From assembly GCF_018977255.1 (NCBI RefSeq), contig NW_024704742.1, positions 69,814,001-69,878,000 on the forward strand: a DNA stretch of 64,000 nucleotides, in the 5' to 3' direction. Of the stretch, positions 12,377 to 27,034 are shown piece by piece (within the stretch, counting starts at the first letter, position 1; each line of letters opens with the position of its first letter). The notes below the pieces were generated by a model. The model was given only the letters and a program-made list of their open reading frames with translations. It had not been told where the DNA came from and ran no database searches. The translations under genes were made by a program, and so were the position numbers. Source of the DNA: Callorhinchus milii. Taxonomy: Eukaryota.

Positions 12377-13875
12377 CTGGGGGAGAGAGAAAAAATACAC
12401 ACAGAAAATCAACCTTTTGGAAATTTCAATGCACACACCATGGCAGACAAGCCCCTGTAAAAGACGTTAGATTGTCACAGAATATTTATAGAGATACTTT
12501 GTAAACTAACAATTTCTGAATGCTAACTGGCTAACATGTAGGCAGGTACTTAAAAGCAAGGTGAAATGGCAAAATAATAATAATTTAGTCACTCAATCTA
12601 CGACTGTTTGTCAGACACTGCTGTGAGCAATTTGCTGCTATGTTTCGCCCACAAAATAGTCAATTCAACTTCACAGTATCTCCTGTGAAACGCTTTGAAA
12701 CGTCTCAATGCTGTGTTAAGGCACTGTATCAAATGCAAGGATTATTATATTATTATTATTTCGATTGCAAGCACTTACTTGCCCTGCTCTGTCACGCTGC
12801 TCTGGTGAGACCAGTTACTGGGAGGAGTGGTAACTGACACTCTGCCCCAGCCTGTGAATGGTCTGAGCCACACAACTGGGCAAGAATACTACTACAACAA
12901 CAACAAACAGCATTTATATAGCACCTTTCACGTCACAACTGGCAACTGTGCTGATACATTATCAAATGGTTATAGAGGACGTGGCTTTAGCTCCAGAACC
13001 AATATTGTGTTCTTTTTTTTGTCAGCCCAGTGTGGCGATACATGCAAGCGATGTGGAAATTCCAGAGAAGTTTACACTCTCTACGTGCTTACCTAATTCC
13101 AGAAAGTATTAGGCACAGGTGCAGAACCATAATATCACATTTGGGGGCACCCACCACTATGTCCCACCAGTTGGCCCAGTGTTCACGACGACAGGTGCAA
13201 CGCAGAAGGTCACCAAGCGTGTCCACCAGCACAATATCATCTGCAAGCAGGAGCACCACAATGCTGTCAGAGGCTTAGAACCAAGTCATTCCCCTGAGGT
13301 CTCTATACCTTAGCTCTGGGACGCAGTTCAGTGGGGAAGGTGCTATATATAAATGTAAGTAGTAGTTGTTGCAAAGCTATACCTAATACTTCCTGAAATT
13401 AGGTAAGCAGGATTCGCTCCTTCAGGGAAGGAGTGCACATCCCATTCCAATAATTATCTCAGGAATCTCCATGAATTGGTGCAGGAACTATCTTTGGCGT
13501 GGATACTCTTAAGCATGGTAATAAGTTTCTGCATGTGTCAGACACCTGGATGACCCACAAAATAATGGCTGGTTATGGAAGCCTACAAATATAATAATCC
13601 TTGCATCTTTCATATTGGGAGGATTACTCAAAGTACTTTGCAGGATTTGACACTTCTGATTTTGAATTATAGTCACTGTATTTTGAAAGCAAAAATGATG
13701 GTGTTTGAATCCAGGTAATAGTTTCCTGCAGTTAACAGAAAATGCCTTTGACAGAACATACCTGCCCTAGAATTCCTTTCCTGGATTGCTAATTTTTAGC
13801 CATCCTGACATCATCTTTCAATATTTATTAAATGAGAGAACATGACCAATGGTCCTTATTCTGGACCATTGGACC

Positions 13876-14190
13876 GAGTCCCATGGCATAGTTAGCACGC
13901 TCGCCTCGCAAGTGAGAGGACCCAGGTTTGTTTTCTGGGTAGGGTGAATCCTTACTCCACACGCCTCTGTTTACCTAGCAGTAAATAGGAATCCAATTGT
14001 TAGTCGATTCATGGATCGCTTTCTAGGGATAACAATATCTCAAAAATAAATTGGTCCTCAATCCACGATTGTTTGTGGGACATTACTGTGCACAATTGGT
14101 TTTACAATATATTCTGTGAAGCACTTTGAGACATCTCAATGACATGATAATTACGCTATATCAAATGCAAGGATTAGTATTACTATTATT
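13876..14190 (+). mobile_element. Older tRNA-headed Deu-type SINE
   Basis: Head CTCGC-CTCGCAA-GTGAG, core TGTTTGTGGGACATTACTGTGCACAATTGG, tail CAAATGCAAGGATT. Confidence 0.8.
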
Positions 14191-14619
14191 CATACACGAG
14201 AATTCAAGCAACACATCTCCTCCCTCAAAAGTGTAAACTCAAGGATGGGAAACAGCTTCAGAACATTTAGCTCTGTGCAACTATTGACGATTTAGAGATA
14301 TTCAGGGAAAACAACAGAAAATATGCACTGTCAGTCATATGTAGAGTTGGAATTAATTCTTATTCCAGTGTTTACCTTCACAAAATGAATACACATCCAC
14401 AGGGGAGGAAGAAGCGGAATAGTTTTGACGGGTAGATTGAAACAGAACACAGTTTCTCTGAATCCAAGTCTTCATAATGTTTATAGTGTGGTCTGCAGAA
14501 TCCCAAGAGGGATAGTTCACTCCAGTAAAATTAATACAACACCATTACGTCCCTGGCAATAAAGAGAAGGATTTCCAACACCAGAAGAATTATGACCCTG
14601 GTCACCAGGGTTAAACAAT

Positions 14620-15745
14620 GGCTTGGAATCCACCTTCATTAACTAATTAACGGCTTCAGCTCCAGCCCCCGCACCATCACGTGTGGCGTCCATCAGGGCT
14701 CTGTCCTTGGTCCCCTCCTTTTCAACGTGTACATGCTCTCTCTTGGTGACATCATCCGTAGATGGGGTCAACTTCCACATGTATGCGGATGACATCCAAC
14801 TCTACCTCTCCGACTCCATCTCGACTCCAAGACTACTGCTGTCTTCAGACTGCCTGTCGCACATCAAGTCTTGGATGAGAGCAAACTTCCTCCAGTTGAA
14901 TGTCAACAAGACTGAAGCCCTTCTGCTTGGCTCCCATTAGTGCCTCCATACCTCGGGCGCTGACAGCTTCACCCTTCATGAATGCACTTTACACCTCACG
15001 GAGCCAATACCGAACCTCGGAGTCCTGTTCAACCCTCAACTGGCCTTCACCCCTCACATCTGTGCCATGATCCACTCTGCCTTTCCCCATCTCTGCAACG
15101 TTGTCCAGCTCCGCAACTGTCTCTCACCCCAGGCCGCCGAGACCCTCATTCATGCATTCATCACATCCAGACTCAACTACGCAAACTCCCTGCTTGTTAG
15201 CCTCCCCAATTCCTCCCTCAACAGGCTACATACAGATCATCTTGTGTCCTCTCCCGCACCAGGCTCCACAAACTCATTGCCCCCATCCTCGCCCAGCTTC
15301 ATTGGCTCCCCATCACACAGAGGATACAGTTCAAGATTCTGGTCCTCACTTTCAAAGCCCTCCACAGCCTCACTCCTCCATACCTCTGTGACCTCCTAAC
15401 CCCCTACCAATCTCTCCGCTCCCTCAGCTCAGCGGGATCCAGCCTGCTTTACGTCCCACCTTGCCCGGCCCACCATTGGCAGATGGGCCTTCAGTCTCTC
15501 TGCCCCCACCCTTTGGAACACGATCCCACAATCTCTCCACCTCGCGCCCTCCCTTGCTTCCTTCAAGACCCACCTCAAGACCCTCCTCTTCAACCGGGCC
15601 TTCAGTCACCCTCCTCCCCTATCTCCCCGCCCTCCACCTCTCCTGAACCCAAGCACCAGTTCTGGTGCAGATCCCTGACTGTCCAGCGCCTTGGGACTTC
15701 CTCCTGATGTAAAAGGTGTTATACAAATGTAATTTGTTGTTGTTG
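14620..15745 (+). mobile_element. L2 LINE fragment (RT to 3' tail)
   Basis: [34 protein letters not shown] and (TTG)n tail. Confidence 0.9.
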
Positions 15746-16780
15746 ATTGGTTTGTAGAAAGGTAAGATGCTTGCAGGGAGTTCCTGGTATTTGCCATTCA
15801 CCTAGTGAGGGCTCAAACGACGATTGTCGGATGTCAAATAACCAACTAGTGACTATCCTTCTTGAGGGGGAAGTAAGCAGCTGACCTGACTTCAAGGTAA
15901 CTTTTCCCCATACTACATGCTTCAACTGCAGACAAACTGTGGAGAGATCCCCTTAAGGATCATGACAATTAATGAACAAACAGTATGAGGGATCCAGGAA
16001 GTGTAAAAGGACATTAGGTTAAGGACACAGCGTGTGGTTATTGTGGTAGGTTTGGAGTATATTGAGTTGAGACCCAAATAAACTAAGTACTCAACAGTAC
16101 TTTGGAGCACTTATTACACAGACCATTGCAGTTCAGCTTCATAACCAAAACCACCTGAGACATTCACTCCACAGACATTCACAAACCATTCCAGTACACT
16201 GGCTGCTTTTGACACCGGAGCCATTTATCTGAACAATCACTTTAAACATAATCCTGAAGTAATTCAGCAACCCGAAGCAATAGCTTTCCAGAAAAAAAAC
16301 TATTCATTATAATATATACAATTAGGTTAGCAAGAGCTGTGCACTCAGCAACATAACATGCAGCTATCTTGGTATGAATTGCAGAACTGGGATTTGTTAG
16401 CATTCCCAGAACAATAAACAGGGTTTAATTCTTCTGGTATTGGAAATCCTTCTAATAACTGTCAGTGCGACAGGCGTCTCAATCAAATATACCAAAAAAA
16501 AAGGACATCTTAAGCAACGAGTAGTGAAGTAAATTATCTTGCTTATGCATTTTACCACGGTCATAAAAATTGAGATGCATTGAAAACGTGCACTTATAGG
16601 GCATCTCGTTCCAAAATTTCTTTACAGATTCAGTTATACACAGTTACAGTGTGAATCCCATTTCAATGCACACACGTTAAAAATGGCCAACTTCCAGGTG
16701 ATCAATGTCATTGCTGGCATCACCTCATCCTTTGAAATGATGACAATCCAGTCACTCAGAAGCCTTTTTGAGCAATAACC

Positions 16781-17138
16781 ATAATCATAATAATAATTCT
16801 TGAGATTTGATATAGAGCCTGATCAAGTCTTTGAGACGTCTCACAACGCTTCACAGAATATATTGTAAAGTAAATTGACTGTACTTTGTGGGCGAAACAC
16901 GGGCAGCCAATTGTGCACAGCAGAGTCCCATAAACATCCGTGAATTGAGTGACCACATTTTTTTTTGTTCTATTTTTTTGGAGGGATTATTATCCCTGGA
17001 AAGTAATCAACCAACTCCCCAGGTCCTACTTACTGCGAGTTAAACAGAGACGTGGAGTAAGGAAACTTGCCTAAGGTTTTACCCTGGCCAGGAATCGAAC
17101 GTGGGTTTTTTCTTGCTTGTGAGGCAAGTGCTCTAACC
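16781..17138 (-). mobile_element. Older tRNA-headed Deu-type SINE
   Basis: Tail, core, head and B box (GGAATCGAAC on plus) all recognisable. Confidence 0.8.
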
Positions 17139-20100
17139 TAAATAAATTAATCCGAAAGGCACCTGAACTAAATTTTAGGGGTCTCAAACTCCCCTACCTA
17201 CTTGGTTTAACACTTGACAAAGTGCTAAGATTACACCATTGCAGAAGATATTTGGATATACTCAACTATCCAAAATTTATCGTTGCTCAATAAAGTAACT
17301 CACTGGCTGAAACAAGACAACTCCAATCATTCAACTTCGTCACTTGTTCTTTCATTAGCAGATCCCAGATCGAGCAACTAAATTCCACTTCATCACACGT
17401 ATTGCACGAGTCAGTTTGGACATGCCATAAATCTTTACTGCCCTCATTAGCTCACCTTATTACACCAAAACCACTGGAGACAAAATAAAACCACTGCTAG
17501 ATTATACAGTGAAAAGACAATTATAAAAACCTCAAGGCTGCAATGTTCACAACCCTCAATTGAAGCAATGAAACAAATTTCAATAAACTGGAGAATTAGA
17601 GGCTTCCTTATAAAATGCCAGGTCAATGTATTAAAAAAAGTTAAAGGACAAAGAACATTACCAAGGTGAACCAAAGAAATTTCACAAAGGGTTTATTCAC
17701 CGCAAGGTGACCCCCCCACCCACCATATGCACCAAACTGTTTCTACAGTGCTTCCAGGATCATCATACGGCTGGTTTTTCAAGTCAATTACACACTGCAC
17801 TAATGGTTTGTTAAACGATGTTGGGAATTGCAAACTAAAAAAAAGAGCTGCCGCTCTTTGTCCTTGAGATAAATAAGACAGGAATACTGGTATACGGAAT
17901 AATACAATATTATACAAAATTTGTACAGTGCCTTTCACTTCGGGAGGACGTCCCGAGGTGCTGGACAGTCAGGGATTTGGACCTGAGCTGGGGGTCGGGA
18001 TCGGGGAGGGCGGAAAAGGTAATAATCCTTTAATTTGATATAGCGCCATATCACGTCTTTGAGACATCTCAAAGCACTTCACAGAATGTACTGTAAAGTG
18101 AATTGATTGTATATTTTGTGGGGGAAACGCGGAGTAAGGAAATTTGCATTTCGCCCCGCCCAGGAATCGAAACCAGGTCCTCTCCTTGCAAGGTGAGTGC
18201 TCTAATCACTGCACTACAGGACTCCACAAGTGGAACTGGATATGAAACAAAAATCTTTTATGCAACAAGACATTAAGAGCAATCCATCTCATGTAGTGTC
18301 AGAATTTTATAGCAGAGAAGGAGCTCATTACACATACTTTCCATGCATGCTTTCTGAAAGGGCTATCTATCTAATTCCACTGCATTGCTCAGTCCCCATA
18401 CTGTTGTGTATTTTTCAAATAATAATCCTTAGAATATCCTGTGCAGCGCTTTGGGACATCCTCCAAACATGAAAGGAGCTATTTCAAATCAGAGTTATTA
18501 TCATGTCTAGACATCTTAAAAGCATTTCAGAGTTCTCTGTAAAGTGTAGTAACTGTGTACTACACAGTTTAAGTGCTCTGAGATGCTGGCCTGCGTGGAG
18601 GGCACTATATCAGTGCAAGTTGCTGTTGTTCTTGTGTATTCTACAGCCAATTTGTGGCAATTTAATGTGGCAGTCAATTCGTGCATAGCAATGTCCCACA
18701 AACATCCATGAAGTGAAAGTAGCTGAAGGCTTAGCCACAGTGGGTGGGGGATTTGTACCAGGACAGGCTGAGCCAAGCAGAAGAGTGGAGAAGTCGCAGA
18801 GACAGGGAGGTACTAGACATAAGGGCTTTATAGATGAGGGCAAGACCGTGGAAGTCAATCTGTTGGGAGCCAGGGATTCAGTGGAGCCTGGAATGAATGA
18901 TGTGTGGAGTTTGGTATGGGCGAGGATGCAGGCAGCGGAGTTCTGAATCAGCCAGAGCTTATGGGACAAAGGTCCCATTCAGGCTCTATGAGGTGGAGTG
19001 GGCATCAATTAATATTAATGATAATTTAAAGCCTTATCACATCAAGATGTCTCAAAACGCTTCACGGGATATACTGTACAATGGATTGGCTGTGTATTTT
19101 GTGGGCAAAATTAATTTAAAACCATGCAATAGTTTAATAAGGGGAAACAATTTCAGATAAATGGAAACTTGATAAGTCCCTCAAACATATGATGAAACTG
19201 TAGGTGTCTGGTTTCTGGTTTGTACAACATTCTAATATGATGTTTTATTCTGTTCTTAGACTGAATCTCTACACTTAATGCAGAGACTTGAAAATTTGGG
19301 AGTGTTTCCGCTGGAGCATAGGTTAAGGAGAGATGAATGGGAGAGGTTTTCAAACTAATTTAACAGGATAAAATGAGAAACTGTTCATCAGGGAGCAAGT
19401 AATGAGGCCCTAAATTCAAGAATATCACAAGAGAAATGAAGATCATTAGAATGCCTTACCATAAATGATGATTGTAGATGAAACCATAACAGAATTTAAT
19501 AGTGAATTGGATAAATAAAAGAAAATATTAAAGAGTGGGGGGTGGGCAGGAAACAGTGGGGATTTAGATTTGATGCCTCCTTTGGGGGAGCTGGTGCCAG
19601 CACTGAGAGAATAGGCTAAAATTCTAATAATAATCCTTGTATTTGATATAGCGCTTTACCATGTCGTCAAGGCCTCTCAAAGCGCTTACCAGAATATACT
19701 GTTAAGTGAATTGACTATTTTTTGTGGGCGAAACGCGCGACAGCCAATTGCACACAGCATTGTCCCACAAACAGACATGTATTGAGTGATCAAAAATATT
19801 TTTAAGGGATTATTACCCAGGAAAGCGATCAACCAATCGACTAACAACTGGGTTCCAGTCAGGAAACTTGTCCAATACGCCTCAGCATTCCACACTGTCC
19901 CCGACAATGTACCCAACTCAATGATTCTATAATGACTATAAAGTGCATCCCTATGTTTGATGTGCAACGCCAGTCACACACTGCTGTAACATTCTGAACA
20001 GTCATTACTGCAAGGGAAGAATATTACAGGATTTGGGAGCAAGCAGGAGATTGGGATTAGGTCAGGTGACTCATTTGAAGAAAAAAATACCAGTGCAATC

Positions 20101-20233
20101 TTGATGGTGTCAAACTTTTCGGTTAAAGGGTTTCATGATTCAAGGTGAATCAAGAAAAAGATTTACAAAATAACTGGGGAATTCAGGATTCAAAATCTAA
20201 AGTCAAATTAACCATGTAAGAAAGTGTCCTTAC

Positions 20234-20347
20234 CTGAATGCTGCCAATAGTGGAGCATAAACTGAGTCCCCATCATACACATATAAATGGTCCCAGCTGC
20301 ATTCTGTAGCAAAGTGATTGAATCGAAGCCTTAATATAGTGTTGGGC
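20234..20347 (-). CDS. ATRN: Attractin coding exon 3 (CUB), 114 bp
   Basis: Acceptor tttgttcag, donor gtaagg. Translation PNTILRLRFNHFATECSWDHLYVYDGDSVYAPLLAAF(S). Confidence 0.96.
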
Positions 20348-20938
20348 CTGAACAAATATAGAAAAGGAAATCAAGACAAGTCTTCAATGCTTCAAATAAA
20401 ACCTGCTTACAACATGCATGTAAATGAGCTGCGTGATTGAATACAGAGACATACAGAAAGGCTCCTAGGTTAGGGAATCGTGAATGAGAAAGTAAAATCA
20501 GTCAAATAGCTGTTCAGACAACCTCCTGATGGTGTGTGTATGTGTGCACAGGATTGGATTCAGTGAAATGGCCCATCACTTGAGATGTGATAATACAGCA
20601 TATATAACATCAAAACATCTCAAAAGCGCTTTATGGGAGACAGTAAAGCCTCACCACCGCTGTGAAACAAATGACCAAATTAACTGTAGGATTAGTGTTC
20701 ATCAACAAAGAAAAATAAGAGCATTTATTTAAAATGAAAGGGGAAAAGAGAAAAGAACAAATAGTTTCAAACTTGGAGAGATTTACATAATAGCGCAACA
20801 CGAAAACAGGCCATTCGGCTCAACCAGTCCATGCCAGTGTTTATATTCCACAAGTCTCCACTCACTCATTGTTCCCTCCAATACCCTTCTAATCCCTTCT
20901 CCCCTGTGCATATTTAGCTTCCTCTTACATGTTAAGAG

Positions 20939-21125
20939 CAGTGGTGACCAACCTATGGCCCGCGGGTCGGAAGTGTCCCGCCAAACATTCGCACTGTCTA
21001 GGTAAGTCCATGTTCAATCAATAGTGTGCTTCCATTTATTTATTTATTAATTTATAGAAAAATCATGAAATATTCAATCAAGAAAATGTATATTAGTGGC
21101 TGACCAAAAAGGTTGGCCAGTAGTG
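20939..21125. mobile_element. hAT (Charlie-like) MITE relic in intron 2
   Basis: Imperfect TIRs CAGTGGTGACCAACCT / AGGTTGGCCAGTAGTG, subterminal TGGCCCGCGGG, and flanks TGTTAAGAG / TGTTAGAG resembling an 8-bp TSD with one indel. Confidence 0.7.
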
Positions 21126-21199
21126 TGTTAGAGGAAGTCTATTTGAGGTTTTTTCTAAAAAGTCAACAACACCGATAAAGCACAGCCTGGAATACTTAC

Positions 21200-21283
21200 T
21201 GTCCTTCAATAAGCCAGGTACATTTTGTTTTGTACTTGTAGTTACCAGGTCCATCAGTCAGATACCCAGAGGGACCCGACAAT
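21200..21283 (-). CDS. ATRN: Attractin coding exon 2 (CUB domain start), 84 bp
   Basis: Acceptor ctttacag, donor gtaagt. Manual translation (K)LSGPSGYLTDGPGNYKYKTKCTWLIEG(Q). DGPGNY and IEGQ favour ATRN over ATRNL1. Confidence 0.96.
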
Positions 21284-21796
21284 CTGTAAAGCACACAAAG
21301 AAAGAGGCAATCAATAAAAAGAATGAACTGGCTTTGCATTTTTAAATGAACTGGTGAAACAATACTACTAATAATAATCCTTACATTTGATATAGCACCT
21401 TATCACGTCGTTGAGACTTCTCAAAGCGCTTTGCATGTAGATTAAGGAAACTTGCCTAAGGTTCTGCCTCACCAGGGAAAATTGAACACTGCTCCTCTCG
21501 CTTGGGAGGCGAGCACGCTACCCACTACCCTATGAGACTTCACAAAACAACTGGGAAACAGTAGCCTAGAAACCTTTTGGACATCTTAAAAATAAAGCAA
21601 AGCCTTGGAATTGATAGTGAGGCTAGAATACTGAAACATCTTAAAGAGCTTCATCTTGTTGTCAAGTGTGACAACTCTATTTCCAAATGCAACAGTGAAT
21701 TTGCATACCACAAGATCCCACCAGCAGCTATAAAATGAATGACCAGTTTATTTGGAGGATTGTTGACCATCTATCAATGGTAAGCAATGTGGTTTT

Positions 21797-22425
21797 ACAA
21801 CAACAAAATTACATTTGTATAACGCCTTTCACATCGGGAGGACGTCCCAAGGCGCTGGACAGACAGAGTTACGGACCTGAATTTGAAATGTCCTCCCAAC
21901 ACGTACAATCCGACATTACATTTGTAAAGCGCCTTTCATGTCAGGATGACAATCAGGGATTAGGACCTGAGCGGGGGGGGGGGGGGGGGGGCGGGGTTTG
22001 GGATCAGGGAGGATGGAGGTCAGAGAGGGTAGGAGGTTGGCTGAAGGCACAGTCGAAGAAGAGGGTCTTGAGGCGCACCTTGAAGGAGGTGAGTAAGTGA
22101 GGCAAAGGGAATGTGGGATGGAGTTCCCGAGGGTGGGGGCATAGGCTGAAGGCCCGACCGCGGGACATGGAGCAGGCCAGAGGCTGCTGAGTAGAGGGAG
22201 CAGACAGGGTTAGCAGCTCAGAGAGACAGGAGGGGGCAAGGCCATGGAGGGCCTTGAAGATGAAGACAAGAATTTTGAACTCGATCCTCTGAGGGATGGG
22301 GAGGCAGTGGAGCCGGGTAAGAGTTTGTGTGATGGGGTCACAGAGCCTGGAGCAGGAGAGGACACGAGCTGCAGAGTTCTTGTGATCTGTAGCTTGTGGA
22401 GGGAAGAGTTGGGAAGGCTGACAAT
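21797..22425 (-). mobile_element. L2 3' fragment(s)
   Basis: NSAARVL..RLHCLPIPQRIEFKIL..FKVRLKTLFF, with tails near 21797 and 21915. Confidence 0.85.
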
Positions 22426-25400
22426 GTAAGGTTCTATATACATTTAAACTGTTGTTATAGCGAGATAACATTTTCAGCTGCCTTACATATTCTGTCAATG
22501 AGAAATGATAAAAGTTAGGAAATAATGCTTGGCATTACTGCGCACAGGACATTTTACAGCTGTTGCTAACAACTCATTATCTCATACTTTGCAGAGCATT
22601 TGAGGGAGAGTATAGCACAGATTTACAAGGATGTTACCAAGGAAGAGAGATGCAGCCATCAAGAAAGACTGAACGAGTTGGAACTTTTCGCTCCAGAGAT
22701 GATTGAGAGGGGACTGGAGCTGTTTAAGATGATGAAAGGATTTGATAGGATGGACTGTTTCCACTTGTAGAGACAATATAAAAAAGCACTTTATCAAACC
22801 AAAGTATTATAATTCTTGCATTTGATAAAGCTGCCTTTCAAGTAATTTCACAGGAAATATTTTGACATGTAGTGATTGTGCATTTTATATGTGAAAACTG
22901 CAGCCAATTCAGTACAGCAGTGTTCCACTACTTCCACTATGAAGTGAATGACCAATTTTATTTTGGTGTATTGCCAGCAAGGCCTTCGGAAGTAACTACC
23001 TTCTCTTTTCCAATAGTGCCATGGGATATTTAACATCCACCTGAACAGGCATAACTCACCTCCCACAATATAACATTATATTGGAGTGTCAGTCAAGATT
23101 ACGAGAGATCAAAGTCTCAACATGCAGTTCCTGACACAGCCTTCTGAGGCAAGAGTGATATCAACTGAGCCAGGCTGACACACCTGTATCAAGCTATTGA
23201 GCAGCAGCAGGAAAGAAAGCAACAAGGACCTTTATATCTTTGCATTTGCTATAGCTTTCACATTGCAGAGACAACAACAAATTGCATTTATATCACGCCT
23301 TTCACATTGGAAGGCCGTCCCAAGGCACTGCAAGCAGATAAAAACAAAGATCTTGGGGTAGAGCAAAGGAGGTGATATTGAATTTGTGACCCATCTTGAG
23401 AACTGAGTACATTTCTTGATATTGTCTAAAAATAAGAACATCTTGGCATTGTAGTGGGTACAGCAAAGAGAATTAGCTTACTGATTCACAGCAGCAATCT
23501 GGGAAGTGAGTTAGGAGAAGTAACAAAAGCCAGAAATGTTCACACTGAAAAGGCTCAGGGAAGATCTTAGTAGAAATACCGAAGATCTAGTCGGGCACAA
23601 ATAATTTAACAGGTGTGTTGAGAAGAATGAGGAGACTGACTTCAAGCTCAGAAAAGGAAGGACACAGTTCAGATTTAATTTACTTACACAGAGAGGGGTG
23701 AATACAATACAATTTTACATTTATATATTGCCTTTCACATTTGGAGAATGTCTCGAGGTGTTGGGACAGATAGACCAGGGCAGTGTTGTCAAACCCAAAT
23801 TTGTACTGAGCCACGTGTACTGAACCACACACCAGTTGAAAATGTAACAACAGAGACCCACGTGTGAGTATCCAATTCCCACTACGAAGTCAATCAAAGA
23901 GATATGCAGCAAACAGCATTGTCGTAGTGGAATCACCACAACAAAGTCTTGTATATATGCATGTCGAACATGCTGGACTTTTCGAATATTCCACACTCAA
24001 TTGCAGTGATGATTATGCAACAATTTGTTAATTTTCAAATGTAACTTTGTAAACTTGCCATTGACACTTGTACAGTTTTATATGCAAGCTGCTAGTATTT
24101 ACCCAACTCACATTTACATTCAAAGAAAGTAGAGACTTCGTGAGTTATATTCATCTAAATACAGGGAAAACAGTTCCTGGGAATTGTGTGATAATATACA
24201 AATCTATGTCATTATATAACATTTGAGTATACTTGTTTGGTTTGATTATTCAGATGAGTATTATTTCAGATAATTATTTCAATTGAATATGCAAAAAGCC
24301 TGACTAGAGAAAGTTTAACTCATATATATAGCCTTAAATAGCCATGTACACACACATCTCTTTAAGCAAATTATCAGCAGGGATAATAATAATCCTTGCA
24401 TTTGATATAACTCTTTTCACATCTTCTAGACGTCTCAAAGCACAGAATATACTGCAAAGTGAATTGATTTTATATTTGTGGGCAAAACATGGCAGTCAAT
24501 TGCGCACAGCAGTGTCCACAAACAGCCATGGATTGAAGTGACTAATTTATTATTGTTTTTTTTCATCTGAGATACATGCTTTCTGCAACACCGTCCTTCA
24601 AGCCCTCTGCGTTGCCCCTTCCTTATCTTCGGATCGCACCTGAAGACCTTCCTCTTCGACCGTGCTTACGGAAGTCTGCCCCCAGCTCAGGATCGTGCTG
24701 TCACTATCAAGCGCTCTGGGTTACTACCCTGCATGAGGGGCGCTGTGTAAATGCAAGTTGTGCTGAAGCTGAGGTGGGCCACACCAAGACCCTTCGTGAA
24801 CCATATGTGGTCCATTGCTCTTGGGTTTGTTATTGCAGGTCCACGATTTGCACCCAAGCTGGGAATGGAGGCCGGAAAAGATGGCCAAAACTGTGGTCAG
24901 AGGTCTTGTGACGGACCTTGAAGGAGACAAGGAAAAGGTGGAGACGAAGGGACTCCGAGATGGAGTTCCAGAGAGTGGGAGCAGATACGCTGAAAGCCCG
25001 ACTGCAGAGGGTGGAGTGGGTGCTTGAAGCAAGTCAGTGCCCGCTGAAGGAAGGGAAAAGCCAGGCTGGTAAGGTTTGAGGAGGGTGCCGAAGTAGGGTG
25101 GGCAAGAACATGCAGAGATTTAGAGGTTAGGATGAGGATCTTTCACTGGGGGTTGGGGAATGAACGGATTCCTGGATAGTCTTCAGCTCTTGAAGGGAAG
25201 GGGTGGGTAGTTCAGCCAGCAGAGAGTTGATGTAATCGAGCCTGGACGTGATGAATGCATGGATTAGGTATGCCCAGGGAGGCGGTGGAGATAGAGACTG
25301 TAAGCAAATTCAACTGGAGGGAATTTAACAGCAATTTGACAAATAATTGAATTGGAAGCAGCGTTTTTTATTTAAAACTAGTTTGGGCCATAGTGATCCT

Positions 25401-27034
25401 TCATAGTCCTGAACATTACAGGTCTCAACTTCAAGCAAACAGGTATTGAGCAACAAGTCCCTAAAAAAGTGAAGTCCGTAACACTTTCTCTTTGCCACCA
25501 TTCTAACAAAGAAGGTTTCAGAACATGCTCCGACTTTATAAATAGAACATTGTAATAAGAAAACTGATTAAAGTGAAATGGCCTCGCACTCCAGCATAGA
25601 AAGGCTGCTGTCTTACACCATAACTATTCCTCAGTCTATCAAGGAACAGTGAATCTTTTGTTGCTGTACAAAGCCCGGCTTTAAGAGAATCATTTCATGC
25701 CTCACCGTCAAGTCCAGATAAATAGCTCTTGTGCGGCAGTAACCAGAGTCTCTCACTTGACATTTTTCATGGAACTTTTATTAAGATCACATGCAAATCC
25801 AGCCTTTCTCCCCAGTCAGTTCTTTGGAGGCATTGGGAATAAAGTGCGAGACATAACCCTCCCCCTGCTCCAAAAGCAAGCCTACTTACTTGCAGTGACA
25901 GGTTCAGTTGTGAGCAGTCTTTCCCAGCACTCAGGGCTACTCAGAACAAATGCTTAGTGAGTATTCTTGATAAGTTTCATAGTAGACTTAGTACAGTAGT
26001 TAGTCCCAAGCACTTCAATATCTGTTTATATTAATAATAATCCTTGCATTTGATATAGAGAATTATCACATCGTTGAGATGTCTCTAAGTGATTCACAGC
26101 ATATATTGTAAAAAGTGAATTAACTGTATTTTGTGGGTGAAACACAGCAGCCAATTGTGCACATCAGTATCGCATAAACATGGATTTAGTAACTGAATTA
26201 TTATTATTTTTAGATTTTTGAAAAGCAGTTGTGGATTTACCACATTATTAATAATATGAATTATTATTATTAATAATGTGGGAATCCCACAACATCTTTT
26301 TTTTAAAGAAAGGTCAATCAGCAGAACGGGAACATTTCTCATCCCTGAATGCATAGCCCTGCTGTTCTCCTGGGGATCAGTCACAAAAACAAACCCAGTG
26401 AACCTAAAGGAGGTGTTCCATGCTGTTCAGTGCCAAAAAACCTCTTTGCAGCCTCCAACTATTTTCACTAGATATACATTTGCTAGATTTTAATTTTACC
26501 ACAAATTGACTGCCGTGATCACCCACAAAACACAGTCACTACAGTTTATAGTATATCTGTGAAGCAATTTGAGACTTCCTCCTGATAGGAAAGATGTTAT
26601 ACCAAATGTAAGAATTTTCTATTCCTACCATCCAGGAATAAAAATTGGCTGATGTCTGACAGGCAATCTGTCAAAAACAGCTGTGGTCTTTGGATCAAAG
26701 AAGAGAAAGACAGAAAGTTTGGCGTAGTCTGCCTAAATGTGGATGTGCACCCATGTCCACAGGTGATATCAGTGGTGTAATGCGTGTGTGGGGGGAGGGG
26801 TGTAGCACACTGATAGTAAAAAAAGCAGGACTGAAAATAGAGCCATGTGAATGTCCAGGAATGGGAGGAGATGCCATTGTAAGAGACAAAATGAAGATCC
26901 CAGCTAGGTAAGCGTGAAAGACTATGGAGAAGATCGGAGTGCTCAATGGTGTCAAATACGGCAGGAGATCGAGGGGAACAAAGGAGCAAAGGAAACCCCG
27001 GTCACAGATGGAGAGAAAGTCATTGGTGACTTGG

